Notes: generated by a model not told the origin, from the letters alone. Counted from the stretch's first letter, positions 1 to 9,247 are shown. The stretch: DNA of 32,979 nt from Campylobacterales bacterium (GCA_027009865.1 JALVCR010000117.1:1-32979); one strand, 5' to 3'. Made by a program: numbers and translations.

Positions 1-528
1 TCTTTTATAACTGCATCCTGGCATTATCTTTTTTGAGAGCCTCTCTACCGTTTCTATATTGTGAGAGAGTTTATACGGTTTTGAAGAAATGATTAATTCT
101 AAAAGCTCTCTTTTGTTTTGAAAATCAGGAGTTAGAAGCTCTATTTTCGTATCACTCGATATCTCTTTTATTCTTTTAACAGTTTTTACAAACTGAAAGG
201 CTCCAAAATCCTTTAAATCGTCTCTATCCACAGAAGTTATAACGGCATATTTTAAATTTAAATCTTTTATAGCTTTTGCCACGTTTAGAGGCTCGTTTTT
301 ATCGATTGGATCTGGTTTTGCTTTTTTTACCGCGCAAAATTTGCACCTTCTTGTGCAAATATTTCCCAAAATCAGAAAGGTTGCCGTTTTTCTTTCAAAA
401 CACTCCCCAATATTTGGGCATGCGCTGTTTAGACATATAGTATTTACAAAATTTTTATCCAAAATCTGTTTTGTTTTGCCTATCAGCTCAAATGATGGAG
501 CTTTAACTTTTGGTTTTTGAAAATTCAT
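1..528 (-). CDS. lipA: Lipoyl synthase, N-terminal part; runs off the window edge
   Basis: Not in the ORF track; translated by hand from ATG at 528: MNFQKPKVKAPSF...TICLNSACPNIGECF...LGNICTRRCKFCAV...YAVITSVDRDDL...HNIETV. Contains the LipA CX4CX5C and radical SAM CX3CX2C motifs. Overlaps the end of lipB. Confidence 0.95.
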   Translation of the reverse strand, partial: MNFQKPKVKAPSFELIGKTKQILDKNFVNTICLNSACPNIGECFERKTATFLILGNICTRRCKFCAVKKAKPDPIDKNEPLNVAKAIKDLNLKYAVITSVDRDDLKDFGAFQFVKTVKRIKEISSDTKIELLTPDFQNKRELLELIISSKPYKLSHNIETVERLSKKIMPGCSYKR

Positions 529-1075
529 CTTCTATAAGCTTTTTTAAAAAAGATATGATTTTTTCTCTTTCATACTCATACCCCTCCTTTTTAAGAGAGG
601 TGGCTTTAACTCCTTTTAGATTGCAAGGGTTTATCAAATTAAATTTTGAAAGATTAGGGTTTAGATTGATACAGACTCCGTGTTTGCTAAAGCCCTTTTT
701 GTATCTAAAACCAATAGAGGCTATTTTTTGGTTTTCTATATAAAATCCGGGTCTTTTTTTATCGTAATAGATTTTTTTATCCACCGTTAGAAAGAATTTC
801 TTAAAAATCTTTAAAATTTTTCTGTAAAAGAGGGGAGGGGATGATACTTTCAAAATAAAATATATCATCAAACTCCCTTCGTCATGATAAGTAATCGAAC
901 CTCCCCTGTCGCTTCTTATCTCGTTTAAAAAAAAGCTTTTTTTCTCTCCTTCTCCTATCGTAAAAACGCTTTTATGAGAACAAAATATAACAGTCTCTCT
1001 CTTTTTATCTATAAGTTTGTCCATAAAAACAGAGCATTTTATATAATCAAGTTCATTAAAATATAAAAATCTCAA
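503..1075 (-). CDS. lipB: Octanoyltransferase (lipoate biosynthesis)
   Basis: Motifs DRGGSITYH, KIASIG, HG..IN and INPC; directly upstream of lipA. Confidence 0.9.
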   Translation of the reverse strand: MRFLYFNELDYIKCSVFMDKLIDKKRETVIFCSHKSVFTIGEGEKKSFFLNEIRSDRGGSITYHDEGSLMIYFILKVSSPPLFYRKILKIFKKFFLTVDKKIYYDKKRPGFYIENQKIASIGFRYKKGFSKHGVCINLNPNLSKFNLINPCNLKGVKATSLKKEGYEYEREKIISFLKKLIEDEFSKTKS

Positions 1076-2391
1076 ATTCTTCTTGCCGCTCTCTCTAATG
1101 CTTCGCTAAATGTCGGGTGCGCAAAAACGCTCTCTAAGAAACTCTCTTTATCAAGCTCCGCAGAGAGAGTTACTGAAATAATTCCTATAAGCTCTTCTGC
1201 ATGAGGAGATAAAATCTCAGCTCCAATTATAAAATCATCCTCATCGGTATAAAGTATCACTCCTCCCTCTTTTGCATTGTAAGAGTATGACAAAGCAAGG
1301 GCACTTAGCGGAAAATAGGACTCTTTATATTTGATATTCTCCTTTTCAAGATATGTTTTAGTCAAACCTATAGAGGCGTATTGCAATGGAAGAGAGTAGA
1401 TGAATTTGGGAATATTGTTTAGATTTAATCTTCTCTTTTTCCCAAAAATATTATTGACTACATTTAAAACTTCGCTTCTTGCCGCGTGGGCTAACTGAAG
1501 TTTTCCGTTGCAGTCTCCTATCGCAAAATGATTCTTTAGGGAAGTTTGGAAAAAATCATCCGTTTTTATGCCTCTTTGTATCTCTATTTTATCGGTTTGT
1601 ATAACATCGGTATTTGGAACTCTCCCTGTAGCTACAAGGAGTTTGTCAAATTCAAATATTCCCTCATTTGTAGTGATTTTTGCTTTTTTCTCAAAATCCA
1701 CAGCTTCCAAAATAGTGGTTTTTGGCATCAGTTTCACGCCTATTTGGGATAGTTTCTCTTCTAATGCTTTTGTAAGTTTTGGATGAATCTTTTTTGAGAT
1801 TTGTTCATGCCTGTAAATTAGAGTCGTATCGACTCCGTTTGTCGCAAAAAATCCCGCAAATTCCAATCCTATAGCCCCGCTTCCATAAATTGCCACGCTT
1901 TTTGGAAAATCTTTTAAGCGAAAAATTTCATCGCTTGTTATTATGCTCTCTTTGTTATACTCTATTCCTTCTGGGATATAGGCTAAAGAGCCTGTTCCTA
2001 TTACTATATATTTGCCTTCGATTATTTTATTTTCTATCTTAACTTTATTTGCGTCTATTAGATATCCCTTTGCTTCAAAAAGCTCAACTCCCGCATTTTG
2101 GCATTGGATAGTAATAGATTTTGTAGCTTTCGTTAAGATATCTTCTATCTCTTTTTGAACCTCTTTTAGTTTTATTCTATCTTTTTTTATTCTAAATGCT
2201 TTATCTTGTATGTTAAGATTAACCAAGGATAGATGAAGAAGATGTTTTGAAGGGATACACCCTTTATGAAGGCATGTTCCTCCAAGCTCTTTTAAATTTT
2301 TCTCTATTAAAGCTACCTTTAATCCTCTCTTTGAGGCAACTATTGCTCCGGCGTAATTTAATCCGCCTCCTATAAAAATTATATCATACAT
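1072..2391 (-). CDS. lpdA: Dihydrolipoyl dehydrogenase (E3)
   Basis: Redox disulfide GGTCLHKGCIPSK, NAD motif GSGAIGLE, AIGD and C-terminal HPTFSE; next to E2. Confidence 0.92.
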   Translation of the reverse strand: MYDIIFIGGGLNYAGAIVASKRGLKVALIEKNLKELGGTCLHKGCIPSKHLLHLSLVNLNIQDKAFRIKKDRIKLKEVQKEIEDILTKATKSITIQCQNAGVELFEAKGYLIDANKVKIENKIIEGKYIVIGTGSLAYIPEGIEYNKESIITSDEIFRLKDFPKSVAIYGSGAIGLEFAGFFATNGVDTTLIYRHEQISKKIHPKLTKALEEKLSQIGVKLMPKTTILEAVDFEKKAKITTNEGIFEFDKLLVATGRVPNTDVIQTDKIEIQRGIKTDDFFQTSLKNHFAIGDCNGKLQLAHAARSEVLNVVNNIFGKKRRLNLNNIPKFIYSLPLQYASIGLTKTYLEKENIKYKESYFPLSALALSYSYNAKEGGVILYTDEDDFIIGAEILSPHAEELIGIISVTLSAELDKESFLESVFAHPTFSEALERAARRI

Positions 2392-3595
2392 ATCTTCCCT
2401 CCAAGAAAGCCTCTTTTAGCTCTTTTACAAAAAGAGCCGCGTCTTTTCCGTTTAAAATTCTATGATCAAACGTAAAGATAGTTTTAAATCTATTCTCTTT
2501 AATCTCTCCGATAGCAGCTATTGCCGAATCATCTTTATTTATTATCGCATCAAATGCCTCTATTTTAAACATTCCAAGATTGCTTACTCCAAAAGTTGAA
2601 CCTTCCATATCCTCTTTTGAGAGTTTTTTGGTTTTTATCTCTTTTAGCCACTCTTCTATTTGGTTTAAGCTTTTATCTTCCGCTTTTTTTATAACCGCCA
2701 TATAAAGTTCGTTATCTTTTGCCAATGCTACGCTTATATTTGAAGAGGGATAGATTTGAAGGCTGTTTTGCTTTAAAACAGCTCTTGTTTTTGGATGATT
2801 TTGCATAACTTTTGCCAAAATTTTTAAAAAGTAGGCTGTGAATTTAAATTTTATATCAAACCCTATCTCTATTGTTTCATAGATATGAAATATTGGTTTT
2901 TGAAGGCTGTTTTTTAAATTTTGGATAACTGCTTTTTGATTTGAAGAGAGAGGGGATATTTTTGGAATATTATTCTCTTTTATAAAATTTTTTATATCCT
3001 CCTCTTTATATTTTTTGTTAAGTTTAAAAGAGTTTATATCTATTTGATACTCTTTTATCAGTTTCAAAGCTTTGGGAGTGAAATATTTTTTTAATTCTGT
3101 TTCTTTTATATCTTTTAGATGAGCTGGAGTTGGAATTTTTCCCTCTTTTTGAAGGGATTCTATGTCTAAATTTATCTTCAAAGCCTCTTTTTTTGCAGCG
3201 GGAGAGGCTGCTGCTTTTGTTTTTGCTATTTTGGGTTTATTTGCAGGCAGAATATCTTCAAATATAGAAATTTCTTCTTTTGTTTCTTTCAAATTATTTT
3301 TTTGGACTCTCTCTTTTGGCTTCTCTTCTTGCTCTTTTTTATTTTCAGCTTCTTTTGTATCTGTCTCTATTATAGCTATCGGTTTTTTTACCTCTATCTC
3401 ATCTCCCTCTTTTGCCAAAAGCTTTTTTACAACTCCATCTTTGAATGTTTGAACCTCCATAATAGCTTTATCACTTTCAACTTCTGCTATCACATCCCCT
3501 TTTTTGACTCTGTCATTTTCTTTTACATGCCATTTTATAAGTTTTCCCTTATCCATCGTATCGGATAAAACGGGCATAACGATTTTATATTCCAT
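2384..3595 (-). CDS. Dihydrolipoamide acyltransferase (E2) of a 2-oxoacid dehydrogenase, probably pyruvate dehydrogenase type
   Basis: Single lipoyl domain (EVESDKA), subunit-binding domain (ASPAAKK), STFGVSNLG and catalytic FDHRILNG. Confidence 0.9.
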   Translation of the reverse strand: MEYKIVMPVLSDTMDKGKLIKWHVKENDRVKKGDVIAEVESDKAIMEVQTFKDGVVKKLLAKEGDEIEVKKPIAIIETDTKEAENKKEQEEKPKERVQKNNLKETKEEISIFEDILPANKPKIAKTKAAASPAAKKEALKINLDIESLQKEGKIPTPAHLKDIKETELKKYFTPKALKLIKEYQIDINSFKLNKKYKEEDIKNFIKENNIPKISPLSSNQKAVIQNLKNSLQKPIFHIYETIEIGFDIKFKFTAYFLKILAKVMQNHPKTRAVLKQNSLQIYPSSNISVALAKDNELYMAVIKKAEDKSLNQIEEWLKEIKTKKLSKEDMEGSTFGVSNLGMFKIEAFDAIINKDDSAIAAIGEIKENRFKTIFTFDHRILNGKDAALFVKELKEAFLEGRYV

Positions 3596-3680
3596 TTTTT
3601 TTCCTCAAAGAGATTTTGTTTATTGTAGTGCTATTTGTTTAAAAGATTTGTTAAAAATTTTTATTAAAAGTCAAAGAGCT

Positions 3681-4448
3681 CTATTTTAAAAGCTCTTTGC
3701 TAAAGATATAGATAGCGGCATTGTATAAACTTAACAGATATCCTAAAATAATTACGATAGGTATTAAAATAACGGTAGCAGATAAGAAAAAGAGCAATAT
3801 GGTAGCTATTGTTATTATGATGGACCAAAATAGTATCAATAGAAAATATTTTTTATTAAAAGTTCTGCTCCAAAATTTTGGATTTAGTAGCAAAAATGAA
3901 TTTTTGAAAGCTTCATTAAAATCGTTTGAGCTCATAATATATCCCATAACACCTGGAAATATGTAAAACAAAAAACCAATTAAAAGAGATATTATTAAAA
4001 CAGGAATAGAATATGTGCTAGCTAAAGTCATCGCAATCTGCTCTTCATTCATTCCCTGCATCTGCTCTATAGAGATAGATGTTGAGCCAAAAGCTGCTAA
4101 TAATATTCCTATAAGAATAGAAAGTAAAATCCCTATTATCAAAAGGCCGCTAAAACCTCCTGCGGCTGTAGAGAAATATTTGTTTAAAAACTCTCCAATT
4201 TTAGTGGAAGCGGCTATATCTTCCATATCCTCTTCATTTTCTATCTCCTCTATTGCTTTTGCAAAGTAAATTTGTATAGAGAGACTGAAAATTGCATAGG
4301 AGATTAAAAAGAAAATTCCTATTATAGGAATGAAATTTAAAAGGGATATTACAAAAAGTATAGCAATTGCTGCAAAAGAGAGAGCATAATTTCCTTTGAA
4401 AAAATTTATTGCCAGATTTATAGCTGTTTTGTTGGAAGGGTGTATCAT
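3681..4448 (-). CDS. Multi-pass inner membrane protein of unknown function
   Basis: 255 aa with about 6 hydrophobic segments; AAGGAG RBS upstream on the minus strand. Confidence 0.75.
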   Translation of the reverse strand: MIHPSNKTAINLAINFFKGNYALSFAAIAILFVISLLNFIPIIGIFFLISYAIFSLSIQIYFAKAIEEIENEEDMEDIAASTKIGEFLNKYFSTAAGGFSGLLIIGILLSILIGILLAAFGSTSISIEQMQGMNEEQIAMTLASTYSIPVLIISLLIGFLFYIFPGVMGYIMSSNDFNEAFKNSFLLLNPKFWSRTFNKKYFLLILFWSIIITIATILLFFLSATVILIPIVIILGYLLSLYNAAIYIFSKELLK

Positions 4449-4661
4449 AATTGACTCCTTTTTTTAAATTATTGCATAAGCTTTATTAAGAATTAGTTAG
4501 AGTATCGGTTTTTTTTAAGTTAAGTTTATCATCAATAAAAAAAAATTAGATTACTCGATAGCAATAAGGTAAAAATTATTTATTTATTTTAAATAAAATT
4601 TACTTTTCTTTAAGGGTGAATGATATATACTTTGTCTATAGAAATAACGGGAGGCTTAAAA

Positions 4662-5846
4662 ATGAAATGGGTAAAGATTCTAATAGTTGGCACGCTTTTT
4701 GTTTTATATGCAAGTGCCGCCACTATCCAAACTCAAAAAGATATATATGATGCGGGAGAGGATATAGTTGTTACCGTAACGGATATGGCTGGAAATGACG
4801 ATGATTGGGTTGGAATTTATCCGGCTGGAAGCAGTAATGATTGGGAAAATGTGGTAAGCTGGGCATGGACTCATGGAATTGTAAACGGAGATATAACTTT
4901 AGAGGGAGTGCCTGCGGGAAATTACGAGGCTAGAGCCTTTTTTAATAACTCTTTTCATACTGAAGCAAGTTATGCTTTTAGAGTAGAGGGAAATTTACCG
5001 GTTACAATAGATGCGGTTAAAGATGTTTATCAAGAAAATGAAAGAATAGTGGTAAACGTATCGGGGCTTGCTGGAAATCAAAATGACTGGATAGGAATTT
5101 ATCCATCTGGAAGCAGCAACGATTGGGAAAATGTAGTTGCTTGGAGATATACGGGCGGAATTAGAGAAGGACAGCTTAGTTTAGATCCCGTTCCTCCTGG
5201 CAATTATGATGTTAGAGTCTTTTTTAACGATTCATTTAATATGGAGGCTCAAGACTCCTTTAGAGTTGCTCCTTTAAATAATGATCCTACCGTTTATGAG
5301 GATGGAGAAGATGGAAGCACAGATAGATGGGCAAAACTTTCAAATAGAGGCAATATAAGTAATGTTAGTGATGGAGCTGATGGAAGCGAGAGATCTATTA
5401 TGCTTTGGGGTCCCTATTGGCAAGGCGGAGGATGGGGAGAGATATATTATAAATTATATTTAAATGAAAATCATGATCCTTGGAATAACCATTATCAGCA
5501 TATTTTAGAGTTTGATATCAAAACGCGCCACTCGTGGGAGCCATGTTTTTATTTCGAGCTTCCTTTAATAACAAGTCAAGGAAGAAGAGTCATATCATTT
5601 GATACCTATATCCCGCATACTCATCAGCAAGATAGTATTAGAGATATGGGCGATTATATTCAGCTCTCTTTTGGAATTGAGGAGAGTTACAGATGGGGAC
5701 ACAGATGGAAACATGTAAGGTTGGATCTCCAAGAATATGTAAATAGATTCGAGCCGGATAATATTATTTTATCGGTGGATGGATTTGTTTTTAATACAAG
5801 AGGCGGGGATTATCTGCTTGATAATATAAGGCTGGTTTCCGAATAA
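4662..5846 (+). CDS. Secreted protein with two tandem DW(V/I)GIYP beta-sandwich repeats and a C-terminal carbohydrate-binding-like domain
   Basis: ATG at 4662 follows a GGAGG RBS, so it is preferred to the track start at 4620. Sec signal MKWVKILIVGTLFVLYASA-A; two clear repeats of about 90 aa; aromatic-rich C-terminal domain starting VYEDGEDG. Confidence 0.75.
   Translation: MKWVKILIVGTLFVLYASAATIQTQKDIYDAGEDIVVTVTDMAGNDDDWVGIYPAGSSNDWENVVSWAWTHGIVNGDITLEGVPAGNYEARAFFNNSFHTEASYAFRVEGNLPVTIDAVKDVYQENERIVVNVSGLAGNQNDWIGIYPSGSSNDWENVVAWRYTGGIREGQLSLDPVPPGNYDVRVFFNDSFNMEAQDSFRVAPLNNDPTVYEDGEDGSTDRWAKLSNRGNISNVSDGADGSERSIMLWGPYWQGGGWGEIYYKLYLNENHDPWNNHYQHILEFDIKTRHSWEPCFYFELPLITSQGRRVISFDTYIPHTHQQDSIRDMGDYIQLSFGIEESYRWGHRWKHVRLDLQEYVNRFEPDNIILSVDGFVFNTRGGDYLLDNIRLVSE
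4722..5267 (+). repeat. Intragenic tandem domain duplication (about 4722-4985 and 5004-5267)
   Basis: AGNDDDWVGIYPAGSSNDWENVVSW...GNYEARAFFNNSF versus AGNQNDWIGIYPSGSSNDWENVVAW...GNYDVRVFFNDSF. Confidence 0.9.
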
Positions 5847-5856
5847 GGGAGAAATA

Positions 5857-6597
5857 GTGAAAGAGAGTAAAGAGATATTAACACTTTATAAAAAAGTATC
5901 AAAGAATGCTGACGTTTCTCATGCTAATACTCTTAAATATAAAATAAAAGTATTAGCTTCTTCTATAAAAAGAAGAGGGGTTGGAGCGACTTTGAAAAAA
6001 ATAGCTCTCTACCTCTCTTTTTATATAAGAGGAGTTGATTTATCTTCAGAAAATCTTGATAAACTAACAAAAGTTGGAGAGCATAAAGATAGGGGCACTG
6101 CGTATCTTCAAAACTCTTATGAAGTTATAGATGAAGTTTTAAAAGAGGTTGAAAAGTTAGATAAAGATGTAACTTTGGGGTTTTTCTTAGATTATGGAAG
6201 CGGCAAGGGTCTTCCTATGATTATAGCCCAAAGACATGGATTTAAAAAAGTAATAGGTGTTGAGTTTGCAAAGGAGCTTTGCGAAGTTTGTATAAAAAAT
6301 ATGGAAAAAATGGGTATAAAAAATTATGAAGTTCTAAATATGGATGCTGCTGACTATACTCCTTTAAAAGAGACAACTCTTATTTTTTTATTTAATCCTT
6401 TTGATGAAGTAGTAATGAAAAAAGTAGCAAAAAAAATCTCTTCTCAAAAAAATAATTTTAAAAGAGAACTTTATATAATATATTTAAATCCTTCTTGTAA
6501 TTTTATTTTTGCAGAAGATAAAGAGAATTTTGAATTTGTAAAAAGTTTAATATTTGAAACTGGAGAGATTGCTAATATCTTCAAATTAAAAAGATAA
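5857..6597 (+). CDS. Class I SAM-dependent methyltransferase (FNPF type), GTG start
   Basis: Motif I FLDYGSGKG, VIGVEFA, DAADY and LFNPF; 10 bp downstream of the secreted protein gene. Confidence 0.85.
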   Translation: MKESKEILTLYKKVSKNADVSHANTLKYKIKVLASSIKRRGVGATLKKIALYLSFYIRGVDLSSENLDKLTKVGEHKDRGTAYLQNSYEVIDEVLKEVEKLDKDVTLGFFLDYGSGKGLPMIIAQRHGFKKVIGVEFAKELCEVCIKNMEKMGIKNYEVLNMDAADYTPLKETTLIFLFNPFDEVVMKKVAKKISSQKNNFKRELYIIYLNPSCNFIFAEDKENFEFVKSLIFETGEIANIFKLKR

Positions 6598-6781
6598 TTT
6601 TTTCTATTTTTTCTCTTCTTTTTATAATATTAGCAAATTATAACAATAAATATCAGTAACACTAATATAGAAAAATTCTCTTATGTCTCTTTTTTAAAAA
6701 AAAAATTTGTGAAATTTTGTTACAATGGCGAAATAAAAGGGAATTTTATAACCGAAATCTATCAAATTATTAGGAGTTGTT

Positions 6782-8260
6782 ATGGATAAAGATTTAAAAA
6801 AGTTTGAAGAGAAATTGGAGGAGATTACTTCAAAAAGCGGTCTCTCTCGTAGAGAAGCTTTAAAATTAATGGGGCTTAGCGGTGCCGCTTTGATGGGTGC
6901 GGGAGCTATCAAAGGCACTGAAGCAAGAGCTGAGAGTTCCAAAAAGGCTACTATTGTAATTGTTGGAGGCGGTGCTGGAGGTATAATGGCTGCGGCAAGA
7001 CTTAGAAGAGCTGCAAGTAATGCTAAAATTATTTTAGTAGCTCCAAACGATATTCATGTTTATCAGCCAGGTCAAGTTTTTATGGCTGCGGGACTTTATA
7101 CGGCAGATGATATAAAAAAACCAAATAGCGATTTTGTTCCAAGCGGAGTAGAGTGGGTAAAAGAGCTTGCAGTAGAATTTGATCCTGATAATAATACAGT
7201 AATTACAAGCTCCAATAAAAAAATTAAATACGATTTCTTGGTGGTAGCTACCGGGCTTCAATATGATTATGAAAGAATAGAGGGTATGAGGCCTGATCTT
7301 GTAGGGCAAAAAGGGATTTCAAGCGTATATTTAAACGATACTGTTAAAGGAACAGTAAAAGGCGGAAGCGCTACTTGGAAATGGTTTAATGATTTAAGAG
7401 AGGCTGCTAAAAAAGCAACTCCAAATAATCCCATAAACGCTATTTATACTCAGCCTGATACTCCTATTAAATGCGGCGGCGCTCCTCAGAAGATTTTATA
7501 TCTAAGCCAAGATTTTTTAAGAGGAAACGGCCCTGTAGGAGGAGATGATATTCATAAAAATGTGAAAGCCTATTTTTGTAAAAAGGGAACTAAGCTTTTT
7601 GGAGTTCCTGGATATAATAAAACTTTGGTTGAAGAAGTAACTCCAATGTATGGAAATATAACGGATAAGTGGAATCATGTTTTAAGAAAAATAGATCCCG
7701 ATAAAAAAATAGCCACTTTCGAGCATACATATCAGGTAAAAGGAGAATATGACGAGGATCTTGGCGAGTATGATATGATTACCAAAAAAGAGATGGTAGA
7801 GATGCCTTATGATTTTATACATGTGGTTCCTCCTATGAAAGCTGTTGATGCTGTAGCAAACTCTCCTCTTGGATGGCAAAAAGGAAGCGCTAAAGGATGG
7901 CTTGCCTGCGATAGATATACTCTTCAACATATGAAATATAAAAATGTATTTGGTATAGGCGATATTTTGGGAATCCCAAAAGGTAAAACCGGAGGAAGCG
8001 CAAGACATCACGGCCCAATTATCCAAGAAAATCTTATAGCCGTAATGGAAGGAAAAGAGCCTACCGCTAAATTTGACGGATATACGGTATGTCCTCTTAA
8101 GACTCAATATGGAAAAATTATGCTTGCGGAATTTAATTATGACGGTCCTGCTCCTTCTTTCCCTCTTGATCCTACAAAACCAAGATGGATTTGGTGGGCA
8201 TTTGATCTTTATATGCTAAAACCTATGTATTGGTATTTGATGCTTAGAGGATTGATGTAA
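6782..8260 (+). CDS. sqr: Tat-exported FAD-dependent oxidoreductase, sulfide:quinone oxidoreductase (type II/SqrB-like)
   Basis: Tat motif SRREALK plus hydrophobic h-region; GGGAGG Rossmann motif; active-site KCGGAPQK and DGYTVCPL cysteine motifs; FGIGD; amphipathic C-terminus. Confidence 0.75.
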   Translation: MDKDLKKFEEKLEEITSKSGLSRREALKLMGLSGAALMGAGAIKGTEARAESSKKATIVIVGGGAGGIMAAARLRRAASNAKIILVAPNDIHVYQPGQVFMAAGLYTADDIKKPNSDFVPSGVEWVKELAVEFDPDNNTVITSSNKKIKYDFLVVATGLQYDYERIEGMRPDLVGQKGISSVYLNDTVKGTVKGGSATWKWFNDLREAAKKATPNNPINAIYTQPDTPIKCGGAPQKILYLSQDFLRGNGPVGGDDIHKNVKAYFCKKGTKLFGVPGYNKTLVEEVTPMYGNITDKWNHVLRKIDPDKKIATFEHTYQVKGEYDEDLGEYDMITKKEMVEMPYDFIHVVPPMKAVDAVANSPLGWQKGSAKGWLACDRYTLQHMKYKNVFGIGDILGIPKGKTGGSARHHGPIIQENLIAVMEGKEPTAKFDGYTVCPLKTQYGKIMLAEFNYDGPAPSFPLDPTKPRWIWWAFDLYMLKPMYWYLMLRGLM

Positions 8261-8284
8261 AAAAGGCGGCTTTTGCCGCTTTTT
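8260..8284 (+). terminator. Intrinsic terminator after the sqr-like gene
   Basis: AAAAA GGCGGC TTTT GCCGCT TTTT hairpin followed by a T tract. Confidence 0.8.
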
Positions 8285-8303
8285 GCTTTTTAGGGAGGTG
8301 TAA

Positions 8304-8543
8304 ATGGATAGGAGAATTTTAAAAAGAGAGATTTTTATATATTTTATTTTATTAATAATTTTGGGATTTGGAATGCATCATAAAGAGCTTCTATCACATC
8401 CGATAGAGCATTTTAAAAATATAGTAACAGCTCCTTTGGGAGTTTTTCACCCGTTTGTTTTTACTTTTATAGTGTATTTGGTTATTCTTATTTTTAGACT
8501 CTTTTTTAAAATATTGAGAAAGTTTGCTCAGAGAGGATCTTAA
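8304..8543 (+). CDS. Small membrane protein with two transmembrane segments
   Basis: GGAGG RBS; 79 aa with two hydrophobic helices. Confidence 0.7.
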   Translation: MDRRILKREIFIYFILLIILGFGMHHKELLSHPIEHFKNIVTAPLGVFHPFVFTFIVYLVILIFRLFFKILRKFAQRGS

Positions 8544-9247
8544 TTTTTTAATCTATAAATTCTTGTAATCTCGTTTGAGAAAGTGCAGGTTACCTCCTCT
8601 AAAAACTCTATCTTTTTACTATTTTCAAAAACATCTTTGCAAATTGGATAGTGATAGGCTATATAAACTCTATTTTCAAAAGTTTGATTTATTATATTCT
8701 CATACACCTTTTGCATAATCTCTTCATTAAACGGATTATAGAAAAATATCAAAGATGTATTTTTAGGAGGCTTAAAATAAGAGGCGTCCTCCAAATAGAT
8801 TTTAAAGTTTTTTACATTTAGTTTTTTTAAATTATCTATACTGATTTTATAGAGTTTTGGGGCAAATTCCACTCCTATTACCTCTTTGAAACCGAATTTA
8901 TAGGCCATATAAAGAGAAAAACCCTTTCCGCTTCCATAATCTAAAAATACTCCTTTGGTAATATTATTTTCATAATCTTTTATTCTTTGCAAAATTTCCA
9001 AAAAAGGTTTTTCTAATACGGCATGATAAGTGCTTGCGTTTTCTTTGTTTTCTCCTTTTACTTCCAAATCAAATATATTTTCCGGGCTGAAATCTACGCC
9101 TTTATATTTAAAATATAGATGTTTTTTTGCTCTTTTAAATAAGCCCTTTATTCCCTCTTTTTTTAAAACGTTTGAAAAAACTTTTATATGATGTTCTATT
9201 GAGTAATAAGAAGAGATATCAAAGTAAAAGTTTTTTGTCTTTTCCAT
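8540..9247 (-). CDS. Class I SAM-dependent methyltransferase, paralog of 5857..6597
   Basis: FLDYGSGKG, VIGVEFA, EDAS and FYNPF; own extended -10 (TGATATAAT, 9281-9273 on minus). Confidence 0.85.
   Translation of the reverse strand: MEKTKNFYFDISSYYSIEHHIKVFSNVLKKEGIKGLFKRAKKHLYFKYKGVDFSPENIFDLEVKGENKENASTYHAVLEKPFLEILQRIKDYENNITKGVFLDYGSGKGFSLYMAYKFGFKEVIGVEFAPKLYKISIDNLKKLNVKNFKIYLEDASYFKPPKNTSLIFFYNPFNEEIMQKVYENIINQTFENRVYIAYHYPICKDVFENSKKIEFLEEVTCTFSNEITRIYRLKN

Noticed and set aside
4620-4661. Longer track starts for ORFs at 4620, 9286, 17135 and 20516
   Set aside because: Downstream starts (4662, 9352, 17102, 20522) have RBSs or stop/start coupling and fit the expected protein N-termini.
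6689-6726. T/A homopolymer runs and a loose TTGTGA...TTACAA palindrome upstream of sqr
   Set aside because: Expected by chance in very AT-rich intergenic DNA. No poly-G contingency tracts were seen in the window.
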